Origin: Eledone cirrhosa
Taxonomy: Eukaryota
Assembly: GCA_964016885.1 (NCBI GenBank)
Contig: OZ024763.1
Location: 20,336,001-20,400,000, forward strand
Reading direction: 5' to 3'
DNA length: 64,000 bases
Position numbers and translations under genes: made by a program. The notes beneath the pieces were generated by a model that worked only from the letters and a program-made list of their open reading frames with translations, was not told where the DNA came from and did no database searches. How positions within the stretch are numbered: the first letter of the stretch is position 1; each line of letters opens with the position of its first letter. Positions 1 through 11,849 of this stretch are shown here, one piece after another.

Positions 1-15
1 TATATATATATCAAC

Positions 16-247
16 ATCATCATCATCATCGTTTAACGTCCATATTCCACGCTTGCATGGGTTTGGACGGGAGTTTTCCCACTTGAGGCAAGAGTGGTTG
101 TCTTGCTCGCATAGGACAGTCTGAATCCCCTTCCTAACACCAACCACATTTACAGTGTAGAACTGGGAGGTTTTTACCGTGTTACCTACACGGCCACATT
201 ACAGCATGGCCACATTACAGCATGGCCACATTACAGCGTGGGCCACA

Positions 248-250
<3 letters not shown>
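16..250 (-). mobile_element. 3' part of a tRNA-derived SINE with (TGA)n tail
   Basis: (CAT)n followed by cgtttaacgtcc...ccttcctaacaccaaccacatttacagtg, matching the SINE copies at 761-1098 and 62659-63024. Confidence 0.65.
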
Positions 251-289
<39 letters not shown>

Positions 290-293
<4 letters not shown>

Positions 294-525
294 TAAAGTA
301 GATGGCTGGTATTAAGTCAACATTCTTTGGCCAAATGAATCTGCTGAATTGCAGTAATGCAGCAGCAATATTTATATATATATATATAAACAGCTGAGTA
401 GATGTATGTTATGGAGTGGCATACCAGCCATCGATGAAACTGCATATTGATAGTATTGCTCTCTGAAACGATCGTAAAACATTGTATAATTTACTACTTC
501 ACATAGTTTTCTTATTTTTTATGTA
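290..525 (+). mobile_element. Fold-back fragment with hammerhead 3' half (family H)
   Basis: Inverted repeat gatggctggtat (301-312) / ataccagccatc (421-432). The motif tGAAAcgatcgTAaaac is shared with the minus-strand hammerhead at 22314-22495. Flanked by (TA)n. Confidence 0.5.
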
Positions 526-619
526 ATACATATATACATATATACATACATACATATATATATATTTATATATATAAACCATAGAGCAAATATTTATTAA
601 AATAAGAGATTAAAGTTTA

Positions 620-667
<48 letters not shown>

Positions 668-760
668 GTATGTATATATATATATGTATGTATGATATAT
701 ATTATCCTTATCGAGCCCTCTTCGGATTTTAGTCTTCACGTTTATTATTAATATAAATAA

Positions 761-1098
761 TCATCATCATCATCATTTTACCTCCACTTTTCCCTGCTTG
801 CAAGGGTGGGACGGGAACTGATTATGGCTTGATTTCTACAGCTGGATGCCCTTCCTAACACCAACCTCATTTACAGTGAGTGCTGGGTGCTTTTTTTTCC
901 GTGGCACCTGCACGACCACTTTGCAGTGGAATGATATGGACCCCAGTCCCTATCATCTCATTTTTACAGCTGAGTAAACTGGAGCAATGTGAAATAAAGT
1001 GTCTTGCTCAAGGAAACAACATATCACCCGGTGTGAGAATTGAACTCACAACCTTTCGATTGCAAGGCCAATGCTCTAACCACTAAGCCATGTGCCTC
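761..1098 (-). mobile_element. Full-length tRNA-derived SINE (CORE-like central domain, (TGA)n tail)
   Basis: Minus strand reads gaggcacatggcttagtggttagagc (A box), gagttcaattctc (B box), ccttgagcaagacactttatttcacattgctccag, then tgatgatga tail. Near-identical to 62659-63024. Confidence 0.85.
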
Positions 1099-1215
1099 TC
1101 TATATGTATATATATATTAGAAAATGTGTGAGATCCTTGGTACAGTTAGGTATATATGAAATAAAGGAAAAGAATTACTTCACTTGTAGTGTTAAAAAAT
1201 TTAATGATTTAATGT

Positions 1216-1712
1216 TATAATATAATATTATAATATAATATTATAATATAATATTATAATATAATATTATAATATAATATTATAATATAATATTATAATA
1301 TAATATTATAATATAATATTATAATATAATATTATAATATAATATTATAATATAATATTATAATATAATATTATAATATAATATTATAATATAATATTAT
1401 AATATAATATTATAATATAATATTATAATATAATATGATAATATAATATTATAATATAATATTATAATATAATATTATAATATAATATTATAATATAATA
1501 TTATAATATAATATTATAATATAATATTATAATATAATATTATAATATAATATTATAATATAATATTATAATATAATATTATAATATAATATTATAATAT
1601 AATATTATAATATAATATTATAATATAATATTATAATATAATATTATAATATAATATGATAATATAATATTATAATATAATATGATAATATAATATTATA
1701 ATATAATATTAT
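1216..1712. repeat. 13-bp pure-AT minisatellite (TTATAATATAATA)n
   Basis: Direct reading; about 38 near-perfect units. Confidence 0.95.
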
Positions 1713-1739
1713 GAGTTGGTAGATATATATGTATGTATA

Positions 1740-2260
1740 TGGGTAGATACACCCTATTGAACATTTCTCTTTCAACATTTGGCCAACTACGACCACACTG
1801 GATAATATCAATGTCTTTATACACATTTAAGATGGAGGCCCTCCTCATTTTGTACTCACTGTCCGTGAGCGGCTTGATATCGAAATTTCAGGACATTTTC
1901 TGTGTTGACGAGGGCCCCATTAATGGCCAAAAGAAAGACCTGACTTAACGCCATGTGATTTTCTTGTGGAGATGGACAAAGGAAGAAATTTAGAGCTCAA
2001 AACTAAAAACTCTGACTGAATTGGAGGAACGCATTCATCATGAACTGACCAACATCCAACCTGAGTTTCTGATTAAGCCAATCGAGGATGAGGACAACCC
2101 AGATGATTAAAAACACTGGTTGACATCCTATGTAGAATTTTATCAATGTACTGTACTGTAATCTTACAATTATTCTGTTCAAAATAGAAAAAAAGTTTTA
2201 TTAAAATCGACTAATAATGAATAAAGATATTAACAGTTTTGAATAAAGTTTTCCACCTCT
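1740..2260 (+). pseudogene. Degraded Tc1/mariner-superfamily transposase C-terminus
   Basis: Translation across stops and frameshifts gives DGGPPHFVLTVRERLD...RGPH*WPKERPDLTPCDF.LW...KTLTELEERI, matching the QDGAPPH...WPxRSPDLTPCDFFLWG motifs of DDxD transposases. Confidence 0.8.
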
Positions 2261-2809
2261 ACGCTCCAAAACGCAGTCATTGTTGCAACAACACACATAT
2301 ACTGACCTCCACACACACACTTACACACATATATACATACATACCTCTCCATACACAAACACGCACATAGAGATCCCTTCTTACATTCACAAACACACGC
2401 ATTCATAAACCTAGCGCATGCATTACAGAGCTCTCTTTCACACACTCACACATATACTCTCTCATACACACACACATACTCTCTCACACACCACACACAT
2501 ATTCTCACACATACTGACACACACTCACACACGCACTCACACACGCACTCACACATACACACTCACACACACACTCACACTCACACTCACACACACACTC
2601 ACACTCACACTCAAACACACTCACTCACATGCACTACACCATATTATAGAACGGTTTGTACCTTTGGACCAGTTTCATTTGATTCTGAGCCATTGTTCTT
2701 CTTTAACTCTCTCTCTCCCACTATACCACACTCTCTCTACCTCTCTCTCCCACTATACCACACTCTCACTACCTCCCTCTCTCACCCACTCTACCACATT
2801 TTTCTACCT

Positions 2810-4815
2810 CCCACCCTCTTCTAATCCTCCTCCCACCCTCTTCTAATCCTCCCCTCACTCTCCTCTAATCCTCCCCTCACTCTCCTCCCACCCTCTTAAA
2901 ATCCTCCTCCCATCTACTTCTATTCCTCCTCCCACCCTCTTCTATTCCTCCTCCCACCCTCTTCTAATCCTCCCCCACCCTCTTCTATTCCTCCCCCACC
3001 CTCTTCTAATCCTCCCCACCCTCTTCTATTCCTCCCCCCACCCCCTTCTAACCCCCCCCCTCTTCTATTCCTCCCCCACCCTCTTCTAATCCCCCCACCC
3101 ACTTCTATTCCTCCCCCACCCTCTTCTATTCCTCCCCCACCCTCTTCTAATCCCCCCCACCCTCTTCTAATCCTCCTCCCGCCCTCTTCTAATCCCCTCC
3201 CACCCTCTTCTAATCCCCTCCCACCCTCTTCTATTCCTCCTCCCACCCTCTTCTATTCCTCCTCCCGCCCTCTTCTATTCCTCCTCCCGCTCTCTTCTAA
3301 TCCTCCTCCCACCCTCTTCTAATCCTCCCCCCACCCTCTTCTATTCCTCCTCCCGCCCTCTTCTAATCCTCCCCCCACCCTCTTCTATTCCTCCTCCCAC
3401 CCTCTTCTATTCCTCCTCCCGCCCTCTTCTAATCCCCCCCGCCCTCTTCTATTCCTCCTCCCACCCTCTTCTATTCCTCCTCCCGCCCTCTTCTAATCCT
3501 CCTCCCGCCCTCTTCTAATCCTCCTCCCACCCTCTTCTAATCCTCCTCCCCCCACCCTCTTCTAATCCTCCTCCCGCCCTCTTCTAATCCTCCTCCCACC
3601 CTCTTCTAATCCTCCTCCCGCCCTCTTCTAATCCTCCTCCCACCCTCTTCTATTCCTCCTCTCTCTCTCTTCTAATCCTCCTCCCACTCTCTTCTAATCC
3701 TCCTCCCACCCTCTTCTAAACCTCCTCCCGCCCTCTTCTATTCCTCCTCCCGCCCTCTTCTATTCCTCCTCCCGCCCTCTTCTAATCCTCCTCCCACCCT
3801 CTTCTAATCCTCCTCCCGCCCTCTTCTAATCCTCCTCTCTCTCTCTTCTAATCCTCCTCCCACCCTCTTCTATTCCTCCTCCCGCCCTCTTCTAATCCTC
3901 CTCCCACCCTCTTCTATTCCTCCTCCCGCCCTCTTCTATTCCTCCTCCCGCCCTCTTCTAATCCTCCTCCCAGCCTCTTCTATTCCTCTCCCCGCCCTCT
4001 TCTAATCCTCCTCCCACCCTCTTCTAATCCTCCTCCCCCCACCCTCTTCTAATCCTCCTCCCGCCCTCTTCTAATCCTCCTCCCACCCTCTTCTAATCCT
4101 CCTCCCACCCTCTTCTATTCCTCCTCCCACCCTCTTCTATTCCTCCTCTCTCTCTCTTCTAATCCACCCTCTTCTAAACCTCCTCCCGCCCTCTTCTATT
4201 CCTCCTCCCGCCCTCTTCTAATCCTCCTCCCGCCCTCTTCTATTCCTCCTCCCGCCCTCTTCTAATCCTCCTCCCACCCTCTTCTATTCCTCCTCCCGCC
4301 CTCTTCTATTCCTCCTCCCGCCCTCTTCTAATCCTCCTCCTCTCTCTCTTCTAATCCTCCTCCCAGCCTCTTCTATTCCTCCTCCCGCCCTCTTCTAATC
4401 CTCCTCCTCTCTCTCTTCTAATCCTCCTCCCACCCTCTTCTATTCCTCTCTCTCTTCTAATCCTCCACCCACCCTCTTCTATTCCTCCTCCCGCCCTCTT
4501 CTAATCCTCCTCCCACTCTCTTCTAATCCTCCTCCCGCCCTCTTCTAATCCTCCTCCCGCCCTCTTCTAATCCTCCTCCCGCCCTCTTCTAATCCTCCTC
4601 CCGCCCTCTTCTAATCCTCCTCCCGCCCTCTTCTATTCCTCCTCCCGCCCTCTTCTAATCCTCCTCCCGCCCTCTTCTAATCCTCCTCCCGCCCTCTTCT
4701 AATCCTCCTCCCGCCCTCTTCTAATCCTCCTCCCGCCCTCTTCTATTCCTCCTCCCGCCCTCTTCTATTCCTCCTCCCGTCCTCTTCTATTCCTCCTCCC
4801 GTCCTCTTCTAATCC
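2810..4815. repeat. About 22-bp polypyrimidine minisatellite (CCCTCTTCTAATCCTCCTCCCG)n
   Basis: Period 22, e.g. 4581 to 4603. Strongly strand-asymmetric. Confidence 0.95.
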
Positions 4816-5577
4816 ACCTCCCACTCTCCTCCTCTCATCTCACTCACTCTCACTCACTCTCACTCACTCTCACTCACTCACTCTCACTCACTCACTCTCA
4901 CTACTCTTCCTCTCTCACATTCGCTTCACTCACCCGTGTCTCCCCTCCCAACCTCCTCTCACCCGTGTCTTTCTCCCACTCCTCTCTCTTTCTCCTATCA
5001 CCCACTCCTCTCTGTTCTCTACTCCCTTCAGCCACCTCCTGACTCCTTTCCTTATCACCCACTCAAGTACTCCGGTGCATTAGGTCCACCTGGTATCTTA
5101 CCACACCTATGTGTGTGTGTATATACACACACACCTATGTGTGTGTGTATATATATACACACCTATATGTGTGTGTGTGTATATATATACACACCTATAT
5201 GTGTGTGTGTATATATATACATGTGTTCCCGTACGTTTATCAATCTGTATGTTGTATTATTTTAATTTATTATTTTCTTATCTGAAACAAAACAAATTTG
5301 TAATTTCCGGTGACTGTTAAAACCTTTTGTCAATATTTCGTTTCGTCTGACACATTAGGTGGTGTGGTGGCGGAGATCTATGTCCATTCATCTCGTTATT
5401 ACCTTGGAGATATTACAACTTACACGAGATTATCATTACACAGAAATAACAAATAACAAAGAAATAACAAATACAAATTACACAGAAATAACAAAGAAAA
5501 CGTAGAGTACATTGAAGAAATATATTAGTTTAACACTTGAAATAGCAGGAAAGAGTCTGAACGTGTCTGTTATATAT

Positions 5578-5609
<32 letters not shown>

Positions 5610-5666
5610 CATGCTACCAATTAAAATACACGCACCCTGTTATGTTTCATTTAGCATTTATTATTA

Positions 5667-6650
5667 GGGCGGTGGATTGGTAGTATCGGTAGAGGGTCGG
5701 ACGCCATGCTTTCCAGCATAGTTACGTCCCTTTACGATCTGAGTTCAAATCCCGCCGAGGTTGACTTTGCCTTTCATCCTTACGGGGTCGATAAAATAAA
5801 GTAGCAGTAATGCACTGGGTAATTGCTGGCCTTGTGCCTAAAGTAGAAACAATTATCTCATTTATTTGAGGGCGACGGATTGGCAGAATCGGTAGAGCGT
5901 CGCACTCTATGCTCTGCAGCATAGAGTTACAGACCTTTACGTTCTGAGTTCAAATCCCGCCGAGGTTAACTTTGGTACTTTATTTTATCGACCCCGTAAG
6001 GATAAAAGGCAGTCACGCACTGGGGTCATTTTAATCGACTTTCCCCTCCCCCAAAATTGCTGGCCTTGTGCCTATATAAGAAACCATTATTAGTTAGGTG
6101 CTTTTCGGCATTATTAGTTAGTATCGGCATTATTAGTTAGTATCGGCAGAGGGTCGGACGCCATGCTTTCCAGCATAGTTACGTCCCTTTACGATTTGAG
6201 TTCAAATCCCGCCGAGGTTAACTTTGCCTTTCATCCTTACGGGGTCGATAAAATAAAGTACCAGTAATGTACTGGATAATTGCTGGCCTTGTGCCTAAAG
6301 TAGAAACCATTATTAGTTAGGTGCTTTTCGGCATGTCCCTTAGAATGCTGAGTTCAATTCCCACCGAGGTTAGCTTTGCCTTTCATCCTTACGGGATCGA
6401 TAAAATTAAGTAGCAGTAACGCAATGGGGTCGACCTAATCGCCCCTAATTTGTCCTTCCTTTTCATATTGCGGGCCTTGTGCTAAATGTAGAAGCGATTT
6501 CAGGGCGGTGACTTAGCAGTTTAACATGCTTCGTGATTCATAGTTACCATAGTTACGTTCGGAGTTCAAATCCCGCCGAGGTTGGCTTTGCCTTTCTTCC
6601 AACGCAAAGCCCGGTCTGAGAATCGAACTCACAACCTCACATTTTCAAGC
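5667..6650 (+). mobile_element. Cluster of 4-5 head-to-tail tRNA-derived SINE copies (Meta-domain-like)
   Basis: Repeated gggcggtggattggcagtatcggtagag...gagttcaaatcccgccgaggttaactttgcctttcatccttacggggtcgataaaataaagtaccag...tgctggccttgtgcctaaagtagaaac. Confidence 0.85.
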
Positions 6651-6658
6651 CCAATATA

Positions 6659-6692
<34 letters not shown>

Positions 6693-6699
<7 letters not shown>

Positions 6700-7130
6700 A
6701 TACTTTGGGAGGGTCATGTTGCCAATAAGAAACACACGCACCAGTTGCTTTCACTTCAATTTATTATATATTTATAAATTTATAAATTTACAAATCTACA
6801 AACTTATAAATTTCTGGTTGGTTGGTTGGTTCCACAACCAGATAGTTGTTTATATATAGTCATAGTCCTTTCGTCACACACTCTGTGACCTCTTCAGTGA
6901 CTGGGGATTCCTTTGTTTGTTTCTGTGCCTTTCCTTTCTTCTGTCCTACGCCATTTTCAAATTTATAAATTTAAAAATTTATAAATTTATAAATATATAA
7001 TAAATTGAAGTGAAAGCAACTGGTGCGTGTGTTTCTTATTGGCAACATGACCCTCCCAAAGTGTAACAATATCGGTTTCAACACACGATTTCAGATAAAG
7101 AATCTTGCTAAACAAATTCAGAAACGAAAT
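6693..7130 (+). mobile_element. Fold-back Penelope-like pLTR fragment, family F
   Basis: About 95-bp inverted repeat (6693-6789 vs 6975-7071) plus a one-sided tail ending cagaaacgaaat(AT)n. Second copy at 23933-24250. Contains a hammerhead. Confidence 0.75.
6858..6902 (-). ncRNA. Minimal type I hammerhead ribozyme
   Basis: AGUCA CUGAAGA G GUCACA gagug UGUGAC GAAA GGAC UA/UGACU: stem I AGUCA:UGACU, 6-bp stem II, minimal stem III, one extra G after the core. Confidence 0.75.
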
Positions 7131-7379
7131 ATATATATATATATATATATATATGCAAATACACACAAACACGTGACGTGCGCACACACATGCTCACGCA
7201 CAAGAGAAACATACATATTCATACACACTAACTTGGCAAACACGGACGAACATGTGTACACACACACTAACACGTGAAACATGCAATAAAAACACAAATA
7301 CACACGAACAAAAACGTGAAAAACAGGCGATAAACACACACACACACGTGAAAACACACACACACACATAGGGAAAAAA

Positions 7380-7700
7380 GGTGATAAGCACGCACACTTA
7401 CTCACACACACTCACACACACTCACGCGATAAGCACGCACACTTACTCACACACACTCACGCGATAAGCACGCACACTTACTCACACACACTCACACACA
7501 CTCACGCGATAAGCACGCACACTTACTCACACACACTCACACACATTCACACACACTCACGCGATAAGCACGCACACTTACGCGATAAGCTCGCATACTT
7601 ACTCACACACACTCACGCGATAAGCACGCGCACTTACGCGATAAGCTCACACACTTACTCACACACACACACACTCACACACACACTCACACACACATAC
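7380..7700. repeat. Imperfect minisatellite (GATAAGCACGCACACTTACTCACACACACTCACGC)n
   Basis: Direct reading. Confidence 0.85.
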
Positions 7701-8088
7701 TCCCATAATGCCATACATTGGTCCAACAACACTGACACAATGTTCTTTCAAAAATGGTTGCCAGGAACTGCAGCAGACTAAAACCGTTCTAGAAGGAAGC
7801 TAGAGAAAGTGGGGCTGTGGTGTGGTGTGGTGTAGTGGTGGTGGGGAGAGAAATTATCGATTTTTCACAAGAGAATATATGAAACCTGATCGAACTGGTT
7901 GCTGACATATACTTCAATCTTTAGATAAAGATATTCTCTTTTGAAATGGCATTAGAATAACTAGATAGATCGATTGGTAGATAGGTAGTTAGATTGGTAG
8001 ATAGGAAGGTAGAGATAGGTAGATAGGAAGGTAGTTAGATTGGTAGATAGGAAGGTAGAGATAGGTAGATAGATAGAGAGATGGATAT

Positions 8089-8127
<39 letters not shown>

Positions 8128-8440
8128 GTTTTAATATAGATGAGATTCTACAGGACTAGAACTGTTTCATTCTTTAGAAATCATCAGGATTCCTGATGAT
8201 TTCTAAAGAATGAAACAGTACTCAATACATTGCAGAGTATAAAAGTTTTAATATAGATGAGATTCTACAGGACTAGAACTGTTTCATTCTTTAGAAATCA
8301 TCAGGATTCCTGATGATTTCTAAAGAATGAAACAGTTCTAGTCCTGTAGAATCTCATCTATATTAAAACTTTTATACTCTGCAATGTATTGAGTACCTTA
8401 CTTACTGTGGTTACTTCCGATTCAACCCGGAATAGCGTAT
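8128..8440 (+). mobile_element. Nested double fold-back insert, family A (hammerhead-bearing)
   Basis: Two palindromes centred on catcaggattcctgatg (about 8190 and 8307) plus tail ...ctgtggttacttccgattcaacccgg. Flanked by (TA)n. Confidence 0.8.
8305..8353 (+). ncRNA. Type I hammerhead ribozyme (family A)
   Basis: GAUUC CUGAUGA UUUC UAAA GAAU GAAA CAG uucuaguc CUG UA/GAAUC: all three stems present, GUA cleavage triplet, U-U at the base of stem II. Confidence 0.8.
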
Positions 8441-8578
8441 ATATATATATATATATATATACATACACACATATAACTAGATCTACAAAACCAAATTGTG
8501 AAGTTATATTATTAAATTACATTAAATTGTTTAGAACTACACGTGAAGTCATTTTCCCCATTTTTTTAAAATATAGAT

Positions 8579-8898
8579 ATATTTCTTTATTAGCCACAGG
8601 AGCACAAAAGAAGGGGACAAGTACAAAGGGGGAAGTTTACATACAATAAAAACGTGTAAAATGTTATCACAAATGGAATTTAAAAAGTTAGTCGATTTTC
8701 CCCAATAGAGGGAGACAGTTTGGGTAACACATACCCCCGAAAAAAAATGTGCAACCCTCATCTCCAGGAGTACGAAGAGCTTGTACTCCTTTCCTCTCCT
8801 CCTCCTTTTCCTCAACCTACAGGCTGATATAGAGAGAAGGCCCATTCACTCGGGCCATTCTCGCCACTTTCACCCACCTTTCATAAAACTTTCTGGGG
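8579..8898 (-). mobile_element. 3' end of an L1/Tx1-like LINE
   Basis: Minus strand encodes PRKFYERWVKVARMARVNGPSLYISL*, followed by a 3' UTR ending gtggctaataaagaaata. Confidence 0.55.
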
Positions 8899-9217
8899 TA
8901 TATATAGATAGATAGATAGACAGATAGACAGACAAATTGATAGCTAGGTATGCAGAAATATATACTATTTATTTTCATACAAAAGCACTACCTAAGGTTT
9001 CAAGGCGCAATTTTGACCATCATTCTAGATTGTAAAGAGTTAAAAGATCCCATTACTCCTTGTGGAATCGTAGAGGCATCGTCATACGACGTGTCTAGGG
9101 CACTTTTAAACCTGGCGGAGCCCAACACTCTCCAGTTCTGAACACAGCCGATTTTTTTCTATAGAGGAAGAATCGACCCCAGTACTGGACTGGTACTTAT
9201 ATGTATATATATATATA

Positions 9218-9407
9218 ATTGTTTCTACTTTTGGCACAAGGCCAGCAATTGCCCAGTGCATTACTGGTACTTGATTTTATCGACCCCATAAAAATGAAAG
9301 GCAAAGTTAACCTCAGCGGGATTTGAACTCAGAATGGCAAGGGCTGTAACTCTATGCATCGAAGCATGGCGTCCGACCCTCTACCGATACTGCCAATCGA
9401 CCGCCCT
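9218..9407 (-). mobile_element. tRNA-derived SINE (Meta-like)
   Basis: Reverse complement of the 5667 family. Confidence 0.85.
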
Positions 9408-9729
9408 ATATATATATATATAATACATCTCTATCCGGCGTCCTAACGACTGTCAATTTGCCGTGTAACCCTAGATTATTAGAGGGACCTTATTACAATC
9501 TAGGAGATGGTCAAAACTGGGTCATGAACACTTTGGTATCGCTTTTGTTCTGTGTGTGAACATAAATAAATAATATATCAGCTCTCTTACCTGATTGAAC
9601 ACTGTTTTCCTTATTCTTTACTCACTCTCCAACGTTACACAGCAATATATATATATATATATTAAACATATAGTATACATACATTCATTTATACATCGCT
9701 ATTTCAGAACACCAATCCTAATATAATAT

Positions 9730-9880
9730 ATATGCTGGACACACTGGAAGAGGGAATCTTAGGGTTGACATATGTTGATGCCCAAAGGACAGACACTGGT
9801 CTGTTGGAGACGCAGGACATGGCAGCGATAATGAGGGACAGAGACCGCTAGAGAGAACTCGCCCATGGATCTCGGGAATT
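9730..9880 (+). pseudogene. Degenerate RTE LINE 3' end
   Basis: Translates approximately LTYVDA...DTGLLETQDMAAIMRDRDR, similar to the C-terminus at 15590-15973. Confidence 0.5.
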
Positions 9881-10091
9881 TTACCCGCCCTAGATATAGA
9901 GATTATATTAAGAATGAGATGTCGTGTTTCGCAAATGTTCAGCTTCGTCTCATGGATTGATTTCTTCTTCTTCTGACTCAATAGAGATTAGAACCAGGAT
10001 ATGTTCATCTCTCATAACTGAACCGGTCATTGGCAAACACGTGCTACGCGTGATTACGATTAAAATATGTTAATTTGAAGCTTCGATCAAT

Positions 10092-10160
10092 CATTTTATA
10101 AATATATATAAAGGTATCTGACTGAGTAGTTAGTGAACTATAACTCTCCCTCCCTCTCTC

Positions 10161-10194
<34 letters not shown>

Positions 10195-10269
10195 GAGAGA
10201 GAGAGAGAGAGAGGAAGTTATAGTTCACTAACTACTCAGTCAGATACCTTTATATATATTTATAAAATG
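10092..10269. repeat. Palindrome with about 55-bp unique arms around a (CT)n/(GA)n core
   Basis: cattttataaatatatataaaggtatctgactgagtagttagtgaactataact and its reverse complement; centre ctctcgagag. Confidence 0.9.
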
Positions 10270-10279
10270 TGTGTGTGTG

Positions 10280-10316
<37 letters not shown>

Positions 10317-10317
<1 letters not shown>

Positions 10318-10504
10318 CAAGGGAAAAGTGGTAAGGAACCAGGTGGACCATAACGCACCAAAGTACTCAATACTTAGGGTAGTAGAGTGGGTAATAGGAG
10401 TAAGTAAGACCCCGACGGCTGAGCTCAAGCCGTTTCGACGGCTAATTCTGTACTCAATTAGCCGTCGAAACGGCTTGAGCTCAGCCGTCGGGGTCTTACT
10501 TACT

Positions 10505-10509
<5 letters not shown>
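10317..10509 (-). mobile_element. Fold-back insert, family B (hammerhead 3' half)
   Basis: Palindrome 10394-10509 containing GAAA CGGC uugagcuca GCCG UC GGGGUC. One-sided tail. Related copy at 18319-18490 and a fragment near 5053-5108. Confidence 0.7.
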
Positions 10510-10536
<27 letters not shown>

Positions 10537-10537
<1 letters not shown>

Positions 10538-10732
10538 GTAGGTCCCGGGTTGAATCGGGGATAACCACAGTAATTAAGGTACTCAATACATGGCAGAGTA
10601 AAAATTTTTTATATTTTATAGAAGGAGCTTCTACAGGACTAGTACTGTTTCATTCAGATGAAATCTTCCTGAAGATTTCATCTGAATGAAACAGTACTAG
10701 TCCTGTAGAAGCTCCTTCTATAAAATATAAAA

Positions 10733-10734
<2 letters not shown>
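10537..10734 (-). mobile_element. Fold-back insert, family A, with hammerhead at 10665-10711 (+)
   Basis: CUUC CUGAAGA UUUC AUCU GAAU GAAA CAG uacuaguc CUG UA GAAG; (TA)n on both sides. Confidence 0.8.
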
Positions 10735-10772
<38 letters not shown>

Positions 10773-10777
10773 ATGTA

Positions 10778-11002
10778 TCCCGGGTTCAATCGGGGGTAAC
10801 CACAGTAAGGAAGGTACTCAATACATAGCAGAGTATAAATATTTAATATAGAAATGGCTTCTACAGGACTAGAACTGTTTCATTCCAAGGAAATCATCAG
10901 GAATGAAACAGTTCTAGTCCTGTAGAAGCCATTTCTATAGTAAATATTCATACACTGTTATGTATTGAGTACCTTACTGTGGTTAACCCCGATTGAACCC
11001 GA
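10778..11002. mobile_element. Fold-back insert, family A, with hammerhead at 10859-10903 (-)
   Basis: Near-symmetric arms. Minus strand reads UUC CUGAUGA UUUCCUUGGAAU GAAA CAG uucuaguc CUG UA GAA. Confidence 0.8.
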
Positions 11003-11112
11003 CACACACACACATTATGTAAAGGTATTGATACATATTGAATATGTATCGATTGTGTTTCTCAATAAAGAAAAACTCAATGGGCCTTAGTTCAACACAT
11101 CAATTATATAAC

Positions 11113-11175
<63 letters not shown>

Positions 11176-11220
11176 GAGAGTAAAACAAAGAAGCCTTCAA
11201 TACATCAAAAGTCTTTATTA

Positions 11221-11258
11221 GCCGACAATGTTTCGTCCTATTAAGGACTCATCAGGGC
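11221..11258 (-). ncRNA. Canonical minimal hammerhead ribozyme
   Basis: GCC CUGAUGA GUCC uuaaua GGAC GAAA CAUUG UC/GGC: perfect core with GUC cleavage triplet. Confidence 0.9.
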
Positions 11259-11319
11259 AATTAAAACAAGAAGTAATATCGGCAGATACAAGCCGGTATT
11301 ACTTCTTCTTGTTTTAATT

Positions 11320-11357
11320 ACCCTGATGAGTCCTTAATAGGACGAAACATTGTCGGC
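11320..11357 (+). ncRNA. Minimal hammerhead ribozyme (mirror copy, one stem I mismatch)
   Basis: ACC CUGAUGA GUCC uuaaua GGAC GAAA CAUUG UC GGC. Confidence 0.85.
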
Positions 11358-11530
11358 TAATAAAGACTTTTGATGTATTGAAGGCTTCTTTGTTTTACTC
11401 TCTTAATTTTTCGGCTCTGTTTAACTACATTGAGCTATACCTTTTACTGTCATTTCTATAATACGAAGAGGGTGTTTAACTCTAACACACTCCAGTATTT
11501 TAACCCTTATATATATATATATATATATAT

Positions 11531-11733
11531 AATAGCTTTCACCGTATTTTTTTACTAAAGAAATTTTAGCCTGATAATGGGGTTTAGAACCCTCAGATAA
11601 ATGGAAAAAGATGAGTATTGACGTCAATACTCATCTTTTTCCATTTTTCTGAGGGTTCTAAACCCCATTATCAGGCTAAAATTTCTTTAGTAAAAAAATA
11701 CGGTGAAAGCTATTCTATTTTCTAATTTCAAAC

Positions 11734-11735
<2 letters not shown>
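11531..11735. repeat. Near-perfect palindrome with about 90-bp arms (family D)
   Basis: Centre ttgacgtcaa at 11622/11623, short one-sided tail, (TA)n flanks. Confidence 0.9.
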
Positions 11736-11773
<38 letters not shown>

Positions 11774-11811
11774 TAAAATAACAGATTAAAGTTTAAGCAA
11801 AGAATCGCTGC

Positions 11812-11849
<38 letters not shown>

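Larger units (their letters stand above)
11171..11508 (+). mobile_element. Fold-back insert, family C, with two opposed hammerheads
   Basis: About 110-bp inverted arms around cagatacaag, then a 100-bp one-sided tail into (TA)n. Confidence 0.85.

Noticed and set aside
2920-3246. Gly/Glu-rich ORF
   Set aside because: Minisatellite translation.
6693-7071. Fold-back inserts as classical MITEs with terminal inverted repeats
   Set aside because: The arms are asymmetric with a one-sided tail, junctions vary between copies of a family, and they contain hammerhead cores. This fits retro-insertion better than cut-and-paste.
9030-9165. Possible RTE-like 3' end on the minus strand
   Set aside because: Too short and degenerate to support by eye.
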